A stretch of 64,000 nt of DNA. Origin: an uncultured virus (IMG/VR IMGVR_UViG_3300043410_000946). Its lineage: Duplodnaviria; Heunggongvirae; Uroviricota; Caudoviricetes. The translations under genes and the position numbers were made by a program. How positions within the stretch are numbered: the first letter of the stretch is position 1; each line of letters starts with the position of its first letter. Below, in pieces: positions 38,018-47,740 of the stretch. The DNA is taken from IMG/VR virus record IMGVR_UViG_3300043410_000946; one strand, 5' to 3'. The notes under the pieces were generated by a model, which was not told the origin of the DNA, made no database searches, and saw only the letters and a list, made by a program, of their open reading frames with translations.

Positions 38018-38089
38018 ACCTCCGTAACTCAGCGGAAGAGTGACTGCCTTCTAAGCAGTAAGTCGTTGGTTCGAATCCAATCGGGGGTG
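38018..38089 (+). tRNA. tRNA-Arg(TCT)
   Basis: ACTGC-CTTCTAA-GCAGT. Confidence 0.9.
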
Positions 38090-38093
38090 CAAA

Positions 38094-38702
38094 TTAGAAA
38101 GAGATAATGATTTGATCTCTGTTAGATACTGCGTATCCTGAGAACAATTCATCTACTGCTTTTTTAGCGCCTGTTGCATATCCATCGTGAATATCGCAAA
38201 CAATCTTTCCACCCTTAGACATTCTGTCCTTAAAGAATAGTAGTGAGTCTTTTGTTGGCTGATAAAGATCAACATCGATATGTACCAATGCAAACTTTAC
38301 ATCCTTAACATCATTAAATCTATCTGGAATCCAGCCATTATAAAGTTTTACCTTTGGGTTTGCACCAAAAAGAGATAGTGCTCTTGTGATTGTAGATTCA
38401 AATGTGTTTGTGTTATAGAATGGATTGTCATTCTCACCAACTTCTGATAGTCCCTTCCAGGAATCGAATAAGTGTAGCATTGTCTTGTTGTGGTGCTCAA
38501 GGATAACTGCTGTTGATCCATAGAAAACTCCACACTCAGCAAAGTCACCGCTTATATCTGCCTGTTCTTTAGCAATGTTAAATAGGTTATAGATTCTTTC
38601 AAAATCAGGATTGCTCCTGTCATAATTTAGAGATGCATTTTTGCTCTCTATCTCATCAATTGACGCAATAAATTGTGCGTCTTGTTCCCAAGTTGTTGTC
38701 AT
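38094..38702 (-). CDS. TylF/MycF-family O-methyltransferase
   Basis: GDFAECGVFYG, LFDSWKGL, VHIDVDLY. Confidence 0.85.
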   Translation of the reverse strand: MTTTWEQDAQFIASIDEIESKNASLNYDRSNPDFERIYNLFNIAKEQADISGDFAECGVFYGSTAVILEHHNKTMLHLFDSWKGLSEVGENDNPFYNTNTFESTITRALSLFGANPKVKLYNGWIPDRFNDVKDVKFALVHIDVDLYQPTKDSLLFFKDRMSKGGKIVCDIHDGYATGAKKAVDELFSGYAVSNRDQIIISF

Positions 38703-38835
38703 TTTTCTCCCCTTTTACTTCTTTGGATGTTTTACTTCATACGGAGCAATCTTTGCTTTGATTGTCCCGTCTTTCCGCATTTTTACAATCCAACCATCTT
38801 TGATTTGTATTGGATTAAATGATCCACGCTTCTTC

Positions 38836-39453
38836 TTAGGCATCCTTATCACCTAATCTTACGTTATTTCTAGTAGGACGCATGTCTCTAAAATTAAAAA
38901 ATGATTCTTGAGGCTTTGGTTGTTCCTGTGGTTGTGGCTGTGGTGTTTCATCAGCCTTTCCTAGTGAAGCATCGTATGCTGCCATTTCTCTTTCTCCATC
39001 CATTCCGCCACATTGTGGGCATTGAGAACATGTTAGTTCATTTGCTGCACAGTAATCACATTCACAACCCTCATATGTTTGTGTTGGCATGATTGGATTT
39101 TCTGGCATTGGTTCATCTGCCTTTACGGTCCAGATATCTACAACTCTTTTATCTTTAATTCCTGATCCTATTTGTCTTCCAAAGTTCATCATGTATTGTG
39201 GCTTCTTCATTCCTGCTGCAGGATTAATATGTGAAGATGGATTTGCTGGAGTTGGATCTGTTACAGTAGCATTATAAGCAACATCCATTGGAGTTTCTGA
39301 CTTACTTGCATCTGGTACATTTGCATATAGTGCTCTTACTTGTGCACCTGCTTCTGCTTCTGTACCGTGGCATCCTGCGACATGTCCTTCATCGCTTACT
39401 ACTGGATATCCAGAGCAACCGTTAGAACCCTTTTCGCCAATATGGTATGGCAT
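38836..39453 (-). CDS. Hypothetical protein (MPYHI...GCSGYPVV...GCH N-terminus)
   Basis: 205 aa ORF. Confidence 0.6.
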   Translation of the reverse strand: MPYHIGEKGSNGCSGYPVVSDEGHVAGCHGTEAEAGAQVRALYANVPDASKSETPMDVAYNATVTDPTPANPSSHINPAAGMKKPQYMMNFGRQIGSGIKDKRVVDIWTVKADEPMPENPIMPTQTYEGCECDYCAANELTCSQCPQCGGMDGEREMAAYDASLGKADETPQPQPQEQPKPQESFFNFRDMRPTRNNVRLGDKDA

Positions 39454-39454
39454 G

Positions 39455-39910
39455 TTATTCCATCTCTACATCTTTAAGCGATGCACGAAGTTGCCAGCAC
39501 CACTTTTGAAGTGCAGTCTGACGATCTGCCATAAAATTTGCAAGACCATTCTGCTTTGCAGCAGTTGCAGCATCAAAACCTGCAATATATCTCATGATAG
39601 CAATATCGAATGAATTACATAGATCGGCAATCATAGATTCTGGATCTGTTGAAACTGGGTTTTCTGGAATAACACTTAGTGATGCCAGACGGGAAAGAGA
39701 AAATGGGGCATAAGAATTAACATCAAGCATTCGAATCCACTCAGCAAAGGTATCAATAGCACCATCTAGGTCAGCATAGATATCATCTAGTTTATCGTGC
39801 CACTGTGGGAAGTCATCTCCTTCAACATTCCAGTGATACCCCTTTGCTTTATAGGCCAAAGCAACGGCATCTGCTGTAAGACCCTTAAGTGTATTAATTA
39901 ACTCTTCCAT
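39455..39910 (-). CDS. dps: Dps / ferritin-like DNA protection protein
   Basis: YHWNVEG.DF...H...IY......D..AE; leaderless ATG after TGGTATAAT. Confidence 0.9.
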   Translation of the reverse strand: MEELINTLKGLTADAVALAYKAKGYHWNVEGDDFPQWHDKLDDIYADLDGAIDTFAEWIRMLDVNSYAPFSLSRLASLSVIPENPVSTDPESMIADLCNSFDIAIMRYIAGFDAATAAKQNGLANFMADRQTALQKWCWQLRASLKDVEME

Positions 39911-39928
39911 AACTACCATTATACCAGA

Positions 39929-41227
39929 CTATAATCTTTCAATACTAATAAAGTTATTGTTAAAACTTGGACCAAAAACCACACTTATTCTCCAGCCAAT
40001 CGTGTTTGATGTGTCTCTTAATAGCCATGTATCTGTTGCGCCTGCAACTGTAAACTGATAACTAGGAATAAGATATGTTGGTGTTGTTGTAATTGTGACT
40101 GCAGATCCTGATGGAATTGTTACGCCAGAGATACCGTTTTGTGAATAAACATCGCTACCATATACATTATAAGTTCCGCTTACTGTTGATAACTGTAAAC
40201 TGCGATTTCCAGATGCTGGTATTCTTGCCCTTAAATTACCTAACGTAACATCCACACCAGCATCTACAAACCCACTGGCTTTAAATAAAAATTCTCCACC
40301 AACACCTGAAGGTGCTTTTGTTAGATCAAGTGATACACCTCTTGCAGTACCACCTTGCTCAAAAATTCTTAATTGATTTCTATAAACATCTATTGTTACG
40401 CCACCATTAAGGCTTGTGTTGGTAACTGGTTTATTTAAAAACATTTCTCCACCTTCATCACCAGATGAGGTAGTAATATTAAATTTTCCAGAAAGAGAAA
40501 GGTCTGTTCCATCATATGTCAATCCAGCAAGGTTTGCAAGTGTTTGATTCTTCCACAAACTTGAAGCGGTATCGTAAGCAAGAATATCATTATCTGCAGG
40601 AGTAGAAGAATATCCACTACCAATTAAAACATCGTGTAATTCGTTAATCTCAAAACCATTTTGTACCTTAACAAAAATTTCACCATTGACTTGCTGTCCT
40701 CTTGTAACTACACCAAGAAAAACTAAATGTGCAGGTGCAACTGGCTTATTTGCTAAACCAAAGATATATGCTCCGTTTACTCCAAGCCAAACAGGATCTC
40801 CTGTATTTGCGGTAGATGTATCAATGCCTGCAACTAAACCTTCAGTAACAACATAAACAAAACCATTTTTTGAAACAGATGCTTCAGTTAAACCCATAGT
40901 CTTTGATGATGTAGACTCAGAAGCATTTGATGCAACATTTACTGGAATATTTGTTGAACTATTTCCATTGCCATTAAGAACTGTGTATACTGGTGTTCCT
41001 ACAGGAATAGTTGGATCTCCAATATACTTTACTTCATGCTTTACTGTACTTGTATAGTTTTGGATCCATTCAGTATTGTAATCTGTACCGTCGACTTTTG
41101 CAAGAATATCTCCAGCGTCTCCACCTGGTGGAACTCCAACACCATTTTCTCCATCGGCACCTGCAGGGCCAGTTGGCCCCATTGGGCCTGGTGCACCATT
41201 TGCGTCAGGGCTAGTGAAGCGTGACAT
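39929..41227 (-). CDS. Virion fiber protein with short collagen segment
   Basis: GAPGPMGPTGPAG; GG..GDILAK....YNTEW; QNGFEINELHDV. Confidence 0.65.
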   Translation of the reverse strand: MSRFTSPDANGAPGPMGPTGPAGADGENGVGVPPGGDAGDILAKVDGTDYNTEWIQNYTSTVKHEVKYIGDPTIPVGTPVYTVLNGNGNSSTNIPVNVASNASESTSSKTMGLTEASVSKNGFVYVVTEGLVAGIDTSTANTGDPVWLGVNGAYIFGLANKPVAPAHLVFLGVVTRGQQVNGEIFVKVQNGFEINELHDVLIGSGYSSTPADNDILAYDTASSLWKNQTLANLAGLTYDGTDLSLSGKFNITTSSGDEGGEMFLNKPVTNTSLNGGVTIDVYRNQLRIFEQGGTARGVSLDLTKAPSGVGGEFLFKASGFVDAGVDVTLGNLRARIPASGNRSLQLSTVSGTYNVYGSDVYSQNGISGVTIPSGSAVTITTTPTYLIPSYQFTVAGATDTWLLRDTSNTIGWRISVVFGPSFNNNFISIERL

Positions 41228-41502
41228 TATGGCTCAAGTCCAGTCTGTAAGATTGCAACATTTGCTCCATCTACATCTGAGATTGCATAAAGTGCATCTT
41301 TGCCAGGGAGTTCAATTGCCCAACCATTATTAGGAGCAATGCGATATCCATAATTTGTTGTAGTAACACCCTCTCCTCCAATAAACACATAAGCATCTGT
41401 GTTTACATTTTGAAGGGTAATGTCCATTCCAGAATGAAGTCCTGGTGGTGTTAGGCGTGTAGCCTCTGTATTGCTTAATGTTGTTAGGGCATGCATAGTC
41501 AT
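41227..41502 (-). CDS. Small virion-associated protein
   Basis: ITLQN...VFIGG..VT..NYG pattern; leaderless start. Confidence 0.55.
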   Translation of the reverse strand: MTMHALTTLSNTEATRLTPPGLHSGMDITLQNVNTDAYVFIGGEGVTTTNYGYRIAPNNGWAIELPGKDALYAISDVDGANVAILQTGLEP

Positions 41503-41528
41503 GCTGTAATTATACCATCATTATAATT

Positions 41529-41554
41529 GAGCAGTTTATAGACATACTCAGGTC
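41529..41554 (-). ncRNA. Repeated pseudoknot, copy 6
   Basis: Minus strand GAC-CT-GAGTA-T-GTC-TATAAAC-TGCTC just after the holin-like gene stop. Confidence 0.6.
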
Positions 41555-41560
41555 AATTAG

Positions 41561-41860
41561 TTACTTCTTATCAGAAGTCTTCTTAGCAACAGCCTTTTTC
41601 GCTGGCGTTGCTTTCTTTGCTACTGGCTTAACAACCTTAACAGCCTTAAGAGCCTGTTCAACCTCTGCAACTTCTGGAAGTCTTCCAAAAGCCTTGTCAT
41701 TAGGATTGATTGCTCGTAGTGCTACTGGTGCTACCGCTGCAAGCAGTGAGTATGCCAAAGTCTTTGGGTCTGTGACCCCAGACATGTATAGCGCAAGTGC
41801 TGCTGATAGTGCTGATCTTCCATAAGATCCAAGCATTGCCTTTAGTTGTGCATTATTCAT
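41561..41860 (-). CDS. Holin-like membrane protein
   Basis: SYGRS...hydrophobic...LRAINPND.AFG; Lys/Ala tail. Confidence 0.6.
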   Translation of the reverse strand: MNNAQLKAMLGSYGRSALSAALALYMSGVTDPKTLAYSLLAAVAPVALRAINPNDKAFGRLPEVAEVEQALKAVKVVKPVAKKATPAKKAVAKKTSDKK

Positions 41861-41870
41861 AGTATTCCTC

Positions 41871-42029
41871 CTAGGATATGAACTTTGTTAGTACTGTAAA
41901 ACCAGTCCACAGACCAATAATTCCTGCAACTCCTGCAAAAACTGGTGGTGCTGGTACTGGTAATTTGAATGCTGCAAATACTACACCGCATCCAAAACCT
42001 GTTAACATAGATAAAATAATTTCATTCAT
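41871..42029 (-). CDS. XapX / DUF1427-like small membrane protein
   Basis: G..F...KLPVPAPP..AG..GIIG; read manually. Confidence 0.7.
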   Translation of the reverse strand: MNEIILSMLTGFGCGVVFAAFKLPVPAPPVFAGVAGIIGLWTGFTVLTKFIS

Positions 42030-42174
42030 CTTTATTCCCCCGTCAATTCTTGGTAGTGATTAGTGCATACATCTATTATGCTTAATTCTGAGTTTGACCA
42101 AACTTTTTCAGATTCGTTATCGCACCCATAGATCATGCATAAAGAGCAATCGCTACCAAAGTCTTTTAATCTTA

Positions 42175-42660
42175 TCACTCATCTATTTTACCATAGTCAT
42201 CTGGAAGCAACTTTTTCAACTCTTTGAATGCTACAGATATCTTTTTCATGCTTTCATAGTTAGGAATCATGCCCATGGTATCCCCATATTGATCAAAATA
42301 CTCTATTAATGGGTCAATCTCATCAACAAATAGGCCTAGACCATCTTGAACATTCTCTATATATTCAAATGCCCAAGATCTAGAGTCAGATAGGAACTTA
42401 ATAAAGTCATCCTTTATTTCATTCTCAGCCTTCATTTCTGCACGAGATTGTTCTCCAAAATACTCAACAAGTATTACATTGTCAAGTTCTGCCTGCTTTA
42501 GTTTGATAGACAGTCTCTTATTCTTTACCCACATAACTGATGAGGATATAAAGAAAAACAAGAAAATAACTGCTGCTGCAATTGATACTGTTGTACTAAT
42601 CATTAAGTTCTCTCCATATATACTCATTAATACTTCCATCCCTTGGAAACTCTTCATCAA
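42175..42660 (-). CDS. Membrane-anchored hypothetical protein (start uncertain)
   Basis: TM helix; FIKFLSDSRSWAFEYIE. Confidence 0.6.
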   Translation of the reverse strand: MMKSFQGMEVLMSIYGENLMISTTVSIAAAVIFLFFFISSSVMWVKNKRLSIKLKQAELDNVILVEYFGEQSRAEMKAENEIKDDFIKFLSDSRSWAFEYIENVQDGLGLFVDEIDPLIEYFDQYGDTMGMIPNYESMKKISVAFKELKKLLPDDYGKIDE

Positions 42661-42810
42661 ACCAGATCTCTGAATTAGAGTTGCTGCTCATCTGGATTCC
42701 ATTTTCCAATTGTTACAATACCGTGGCATCTGTCACAAACATCATATACATTAAGTGTGTACGGACACTTTGATATCCTGCTTTTATGACCCAATATAAA
42801 ACAAATAGCC

Positions 42811-43059
42811 TTAAGCATATTCATCCCTTCCACCTTCTCTAACTAAAAGAACAATCGCTCCATTGGCCTCTAAAGCCTTTTTTGCTCTAACCATGTACTC
42901 AACGGCTCTCATTTTATCTTCACCAGTGAGTCTCATAAAGTGTGGTTCGCTTGCCCTTAGAGTAATAAAGTGTTCATTATCTACCACCTCAAGAACAAAA
43001 CCATTTGGACAGAAGTGTGCAACAGATTGAAATGCCCTACTCATTTCTGGTGTATACAT
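42811..43059 (-). CDS. Hypothetical protein
   Basis: Coupled ORF. Confidence 0.6.
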   Translation of the reverse strand: MYTPEMSRAFQSVAHFCPNGFVLEVVDNEHFITLRASEPHFMRLTGEDKMRAVEYMVRAKKALEANGAIVLLVREGGRDEYA

Positions 43060-43265
43060 TAGTCTTTTCTCCAGTGCAAGTATGACTTAATATATACCGC
43101 CATGTAAGCGATTGACCCAAGGTAGAATCCATATTGCTTGGTCTGTGTTGCATATACCAACCAAAGACATTCATTTATAAACAATACGAACCATCCCCAA
43201 ATAGTTTTACGACCAATAAAAAATGTTCCAGTAACGCCAACACAGGCTAGTACCCACGACCACAT
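43059..43265 (-). CDS. Small PnuC-like membrane protein
   Basis: Three hydrophobic segments; W..Y....QYG. Confidence 0.5.
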   Translation of the reverse strand: MWSWVLACVGVTGTFFIGRKTIWGWFVLFINECLWLVYATQTKQYGFYLGSIAYMAVYIKSYLHWRKD

Positions 43266-43292
43266 ATTTTCCTCTATTTCTCTAATATTCCA

Positions 43293-43730
43293 TTATACCA
43301 AAGATGGGTAGTCTGTGCAAATCCCAGCAGGAATATGGTGATTTTCTTTATTTGTTAAATCTAAATCAACAAGGATTGATCTGTATGTGGTTGGTCTTAG
43401 TGGGTATGTCCAAATATGACCACTGCTAACTAATGCAAAATCATCAACTTGATGCCAGAAAAAATTAGAGTCCGCATGATTCTCAATAAAGTGATTTAGT
43501 GCATTTAAATTTTTGCAATGAAACCATGCGTGTGGACGAATTTGATAAAATTCTTCTGGAGATACAAAGTATTGTGGAAAATCATGTCCAAAATAAATTG
43601 CGTTGTCATGCCACCAGACATCGACTTCAACATCGTATCCCTCTTTAATTGCTGCCAAGATATAATTTGGCATATTTTCAAACTGTGGGAAAGGTCCAAT
43701 AACATTTCCTCTATGTGCTATCTTAATCAT
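43293..43730 (-). CDS. GDPD/PLC-like phosphodiesterase
   Basis: IAHRGN...EN...GYDVEVDV...GHD...WFHCKN...GICTDY. Confidence 0.8.
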   Translation of the reverse strand: MIKIAHRGNVIGPFPQFENMPNYILAAIKEGYDVEVDVWWHDNAIYFGHDFPQYFVSPEEFYQIRPHAWFHCKNLNALNHFIENHADSNFFWHQVDDFALVSSGHIWTYPLRPTTYRSILVDLDLTNKENHHIPAGICTDYPSLV

Positions 43731-44511
43731 TTATCCTCCTTATAAAGTTTCTAACTTCATCCTCATAACCATAGTCGACCTTGTGTACAAAAAATATATT
43801 TTCTATTGGCTGGTCATCTGTAAAGAATGAAGAAATCTGGCTTTGCTTTTTATTAATAATCTCATCTACTAAGTATAAAGGAATATTTCCATATCCAATA
43901 ATACCAGGATAATCTTTTATATTATTAGAAAAGTGTTTTGCTATTGTAGGGAATATAAACTCCTCATAGCAGTGCCCTTCCCTATCATACAATGCTGTAC
44001 TAGATATCATGCGGTAAAGTTTATCAGCAATATCACTCTTAAGCACCATACCCTCAACCAAACACTTCTCTATGCCACGAACAAAAATACCTTTTTCATA
44101 TTCTGTAAAAACATCCATCTTTGTATTAAGCGCATATTCCATCTGATCACGTTTTTCTTGTGTAGGCATTGGCATACATACATCTACTCCATCTATGTAT
44201 TCCTCTAATCCATTTTTAATAAAAAGCATTTTTGGATAAAAAATAACTTCGTAGTCAAAGCAGTATTGATTTGCATAATTGTGATTTGAGGTTAGCGCTT
44301 TTGTTTTTGTATCATATTGCTTGTGGTTAAATCTATCACTGTTTATAATAACATTATTCATAGATGATATCCTATTAAAATTGAAGTCTTCAAACTCTTT
44401 ATTAACATGAATAACAATCAATGGGTCTTTAATAAACTTATTTATATTATTGATCATATCTTCTACAACATCTATATCTTTATAGACAAGGCAATTAAAC
44501 ATAATCTTCAT
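43723..44511 (-). CDS. Putative glycan-modifying protein / glycosyltransferase
   Basis: IVIHVN...EE.IFPT...HKV; glycan operon context. Confidence 0.45.
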   Translation of the reverse strand: MKIMFNCLVYKDIDVVEDMINNINKFIKDPLIVIHVNKEFEDFNFNRISSMNNVIINSDRFNHKQYDTKTKALTSNHNYANQYCFDYEVIFYPKMLFIKNGLEEYIDGVDVCMPMPTQEKRDQMEYALNTKMDVFTEYEKGIFVRGIEKCLVEGMVLKSDIADKLYRMISSTALYDREGHCYEEFIFPTIAKHFSNNIKDYPGIIGYGNIPLYLVDEIINKKQSQISSFFTDDQPIENIFFVHKVDYGYEDEVRNFIRRIND

Positions 44512-45866
44512 CTAAAAGACCTCAAGTAACTATCTAAATCTTCTGGCGTTCCTATGCCCCACATTTTTGTTGCCTCTGATGTATAAATTCGTTTGCCATC
44601 CTGAATTGCCTCATTAAAGACAGGGCAGGTATAGAATTCTCCGTTGACCCTTATGTCTTTTTTAATCATTTGCTCTGCATATTTTACAAAATCAGATCCA
44701 CGCTTCCAGTAGTAGATTCCAACTGTCGCATTATCGCTAATTGGTTTCTTCTCAGCAACCTCAGTAACCAGTCCGAACTCATCTACCTTTGCATATGACC
44801 ACTTTGGGTGGGTAGACTTAAATGTAACAATGCCACCATCTGCATTCTTACTATTCATATCATAGATAAACTCTCTGCTATCCCAATCAACAATCTGGTC
44901 TGAGTTTGCCATAACTAGTGGATCTTCGCTATTGATAAATTCCTTTGCCATCAAACATGTGACTGCTGCACCCTCAGTTAGTCCATCCACCTGAACAATA
45001 TTACAGTCTGGCGTTATGGCATTAAGCAAATATCCAAGGTTATACTTCTCATAGTGTTCCCTCTGAACTATGTAGGTATATGTTGCTGAGATAGCCAAGT
45101 TATCGACTACCGCCTGAATCATTGGCTTGTTATTTACATCTATAAGTGGCTTTGGAAATACATACCCTGCCTCTGCAAACCTGCTTCCTGCACCTGCCAT
45201 TGGAATTAATACATTTATATTAGAACCTTTCCAAGACCCCTTTTTATTTAACAATAGACCAACTGCCTTATCAATTTTATCTTCTGTAAGATCTTGCCTA
45301 TCTTTTACTGGAATCAGTGTTGCCCCACTATCCATTGCAGATATTCTTCCTACAATACTATCTTCAAATATAACCACATCATCTGGGATATATCCAAAAT
45401 GAGACATGGCTTTCCAATAAATTTCTGGATGAGGCTTTGGAAACGATACATCTTCATTACTAACAATAAAATCAATTAGTTCTGATATTCCAAGTTTGGC
45501 CAAGCAAATATCAATTGTGGATCTAATACTGTTACTTGCTACTGCAACATTTATTCCTGCCGATTTAATCTTTGAAATAAAACTAATTAATTGCTTATCC
45601 TGTTGAAGATCAGAAAATCTCTCAGTGGTGAAGGTCTGCTTAAGACTTGAGATCTCTGAGTAAAACTCTTGTGGGAGACCAGTTCTTTTTGTTAGAATAG
45701 CCAACTTGTTTTTTGTTGGCAACCCCTCGTATATATTTTTTTGATCATGCTCAGATATAACATACCTGTCTGATATTGTTGCTAAAGCAAGATTTAGTGA
45801 TTCATAGTGTATCTGTTTGCTATCAACCAGCACACCATCTAAATCAAAAATCACTAACCTATTCAT
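44508..45866 (-). CDS. HAD phosphatase fused to nucleotidyltransferase (GT-A)
   Basis: FDLDGVL, KPHPEIY, FEDS; IPMAGAGSRF...PKPLI; EKKPIS; GIGTPEDL. Confidence 0.85.
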   Translation of the reverse strand: MNRLVIFDLDGVLVDSKQIHYESLNLALATISDRYVISEHDQKNIYEGLPTKNKLAILTKRTGLPQEFYSEISSLKQTFTTERFSDLQQDKQLISFISKIKSAGINVAVASNSIRSTIDICLAKLGISELIDFIVSNEDVSFPKPHPEIYWKAMSHFGYIPDDVVIFEDSIVGRISAMDSGATLIPVKDRQDLTEDKIDKAVGLLLNKKGSWKGSNINVLIPMAGAGSRFAEAGYVFPKPLIDVNNKPMIQAVVDNLAISATYTYIVQREHYEKYNLGYLLNAITPDCNIVQVDGLTEGAAVTCLMAKEFINSEDPLVMANSDQIVDWDSREFIYDMNSKNADGGIVTFKSTHPKWSYAKVDEFGLVTEVAEKKPISDNATVGIYYWKRGSDFVKYAEQMIKKDIRVNGEFYTCPVFNEAIQDGKRIYTSEATKMWGIGTPEDLDSYLRSFR

Positions 45867-46868
45867 TTACATCTCATCAGTCTTATCAAAAAATGTTCTG
45901 AATGCATCATCAGATTCAATGGTTTCAACTATTTTTTCTGCGCTTCTAGGCATATTTGGTATACCAATATACTTGTGTCCACGATTTGTTGCAACTAGTT
46001 GATAAAAATGATGGATTGCTTCTTGTGCATGTGCAAGTTTGTCTGGCCCTGGTTGATCGTGAAATGTTACCAATGGCGTCATAAGTTCTACCATAGTGTT
46101 GTTTGGCTGCATAAAGAAAGCATTTGTCAATCCAGAACTAGTTAAAGATACAAGAGTCTTAACAGAATAAAAGAAGTTAATCTGATCTTCAAACGACTTA
46201 AAGTCTTCTGGACAAATAATTTCAAAGCCTTTTTCTGCAAAGTATCTTTCTAGAATTTTTTCATTATCAATTCTATTATCATGCTTTGCACTTAAACCAT
46301 CATGGAGTTGTCTTGACCAGTCTCTATCGCCCATATACTTTCTGCTTAGATATACATTTCTATATGGTTCGACATTTTTATCTTTTACATAATGCTTGTA
46401 TGCCTCAAACACTCTGTTACCAGAATTTGCAACATACTGATTTGTAATCATTACATGGAAGTTACTAACATTGACTGCATCATATCCTCTTGTATCTACT
46501 TCATATACTGTAAATCCCTTATCTCTTATAACTTTAAAGAAAAAGTCGTAGAACAAATTATGTCTATCAAACCATATGTTTGCGACATCAATATACACCT
46601 CTGCATTAGGAACATCATCTAATGCCTTGAGAGCAGGGCCAACAGAGTCATTAAAGAAGTGATATGGTCCAGAACTTAGGCTAATCAAAACCTTTTCCTT
46701 AGTAGACTTTATCGTAAGCACTTTATCAGATTCTGGAACGGGATCCTCTAAGAACGGCATCATGAACATGTATGGGCCATGCATACCGTTTATGCGTAAA
46801 CTGTGAGCACCTTCAAAATAATCAAATGCTGAATTTGTTTTTGTCAGACCTATCACTGTTGATGACAT
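45867..46868 (-). CDS. GT61 / DUF563-family glycosyltransferase
   Basis: YHFFND; VYLSR; RI.NE; F..I.PE...FEDQI..F; SGLTN..FM. Confidence 0.75.
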   Translation of the reverse strand: MSSTVIGLTKTNSAFDYFEGAHSLRINGMHGPYMFMMPFLEDPVPESDKVLTIKSTKEKVLISLSSGPYHFFNDSVGPALKALDDVPNAEVYIDVANIWFDRHNLFYDFFFKVIRDKGFTVYEVDTRGYDAVNVSNFHVMITNQYVANSGNRVFEAYKHYVKDKNVEPYRNVYLSRKYMGDRDWSRQLHDGLSAKHDNRIDNEKILERYFAEKGFEIICPEDFKSFEDQINFFYSVKTLVSLTSSGLTNAFFMQPNNTMVELMTPLVTFHDQPGPDKLAHAQEAIHHFYQLVATNRGHKYIGIPNMPRSAEKIVETIESDDAFRTFFDKTDEM

Positions 46869-47157
46869 CTGAAGACCTTTCTATTGTTAACGCTTCCCAG
46901 ACATTAGCCCAATCGGATTTTTCCTTGTGACTATTAAACTCTTTAGATATTATACCATTTTCTAGGTATACCCCACCCCATACGCCCCACTCTTTTTGTG
47001 AAACGCCAACAGCAAAGCACATTCTGCTTACTGGACAATCCGAACAGAGACTATCAACGGCTGGTCTTAGTAGTTCATCATCTTCGTACTTTTCAAAAAA
47101 TATATTTGTGTCGTAGTCAAGACATAAACCTTCATCTTTCCATTCAAACTTTGGCAT
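46822..47157 (-). CDS. whiB: WhiB-family transcription factor
   Basis: W...LC...FF...CSDCPV...C...EWGVWGG. Confidence 0.9.
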   Translation of the reverse strand: MPKFEWKDEGLCLDYDTNIFFEKYEDDELLRPAVDSLCSDCPVSRMCFAVGVSQKEWGVWGGVYLENGIISKEFNSHKEKSDWANVWEALTIERSSDVINSDRSDKNKFSI

Positions 47158-47158
47158 G

Positions 47159-47368
47159 TTAACCTACAAACTTATCAGGGATGTCCCAACCAGTCTCAGT
47201 TAAAGCAAATCGCTTTTGAAGATGCCACTTTCCATTTACATATGCCCCAAACTTTGATGTTCTAGCCTTGTCTGATGCATAGGAATGAACAACTGTCCAC
47301 CCATCCCAGAATAGCCCCTTATTTCTTGAAACAATCTCTTCCATTTTATCTAATGAATTGATTTTCAT
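47159..47368 (-). CDS. Hypothetical protein
   Basis: L.WDGWTV motif. Confidence 0.6.
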   Translation of the reverse strand: MKINSLDKMEEIVSRNKGLFWDGWTVVHSYASDKARTSKFGAYVNGKWHLQKRFALTETGWDIPDKFVG

Positions 47369-47377
47369 AATATTCTC

Positions 47378-47740
47378 CTAGTAATTAAAGATTCCAACTT
47401 CGACATTATTTAATTGTGCTTGCGATACTAGTTTAGACGCTTGTTCTCCTGGTAAGGAAAAGAACGCAAAATAGTTAAAACTTTCCATGTTTTCAGAGAT
47501 CCAAGATGGAGCAACCTTAAACACTTTTACCTTTTTACCTCTAGACTTCAGGCCCTGCATTGAGATGTTTGTAAACTCAGATACCATATCGTTTACATTT
47601 CCTGGACCTGCTGAATATATGTAGAGTTCGTTATCTGCATTGCTCAGTGTTGATAAAACAACACCCATTGCACGAAGGAACACCTTGTAGTCATTAAAAC
47701 CACTAGTCCCCTGCACTCCCACTATCATTTGTTTCTCCAT
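47378..47740 (-). CDS. SLOG/YspA-like protein
   Basis: VGVQGT..FNDY..F Rossmann-like start. Confidence 0.45.
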   Translation of the reverse strand: MEKQMIVGVQGTSGFNDYKVFLRAMGVVLSTLSNADNELYIYSAGPGNVNDMVSEFTNISMQGLKSRGKKVKVFKVAPSWISENMESFNYFAFFSLPGEQASKLVSQAQLNNVEVGIFNY

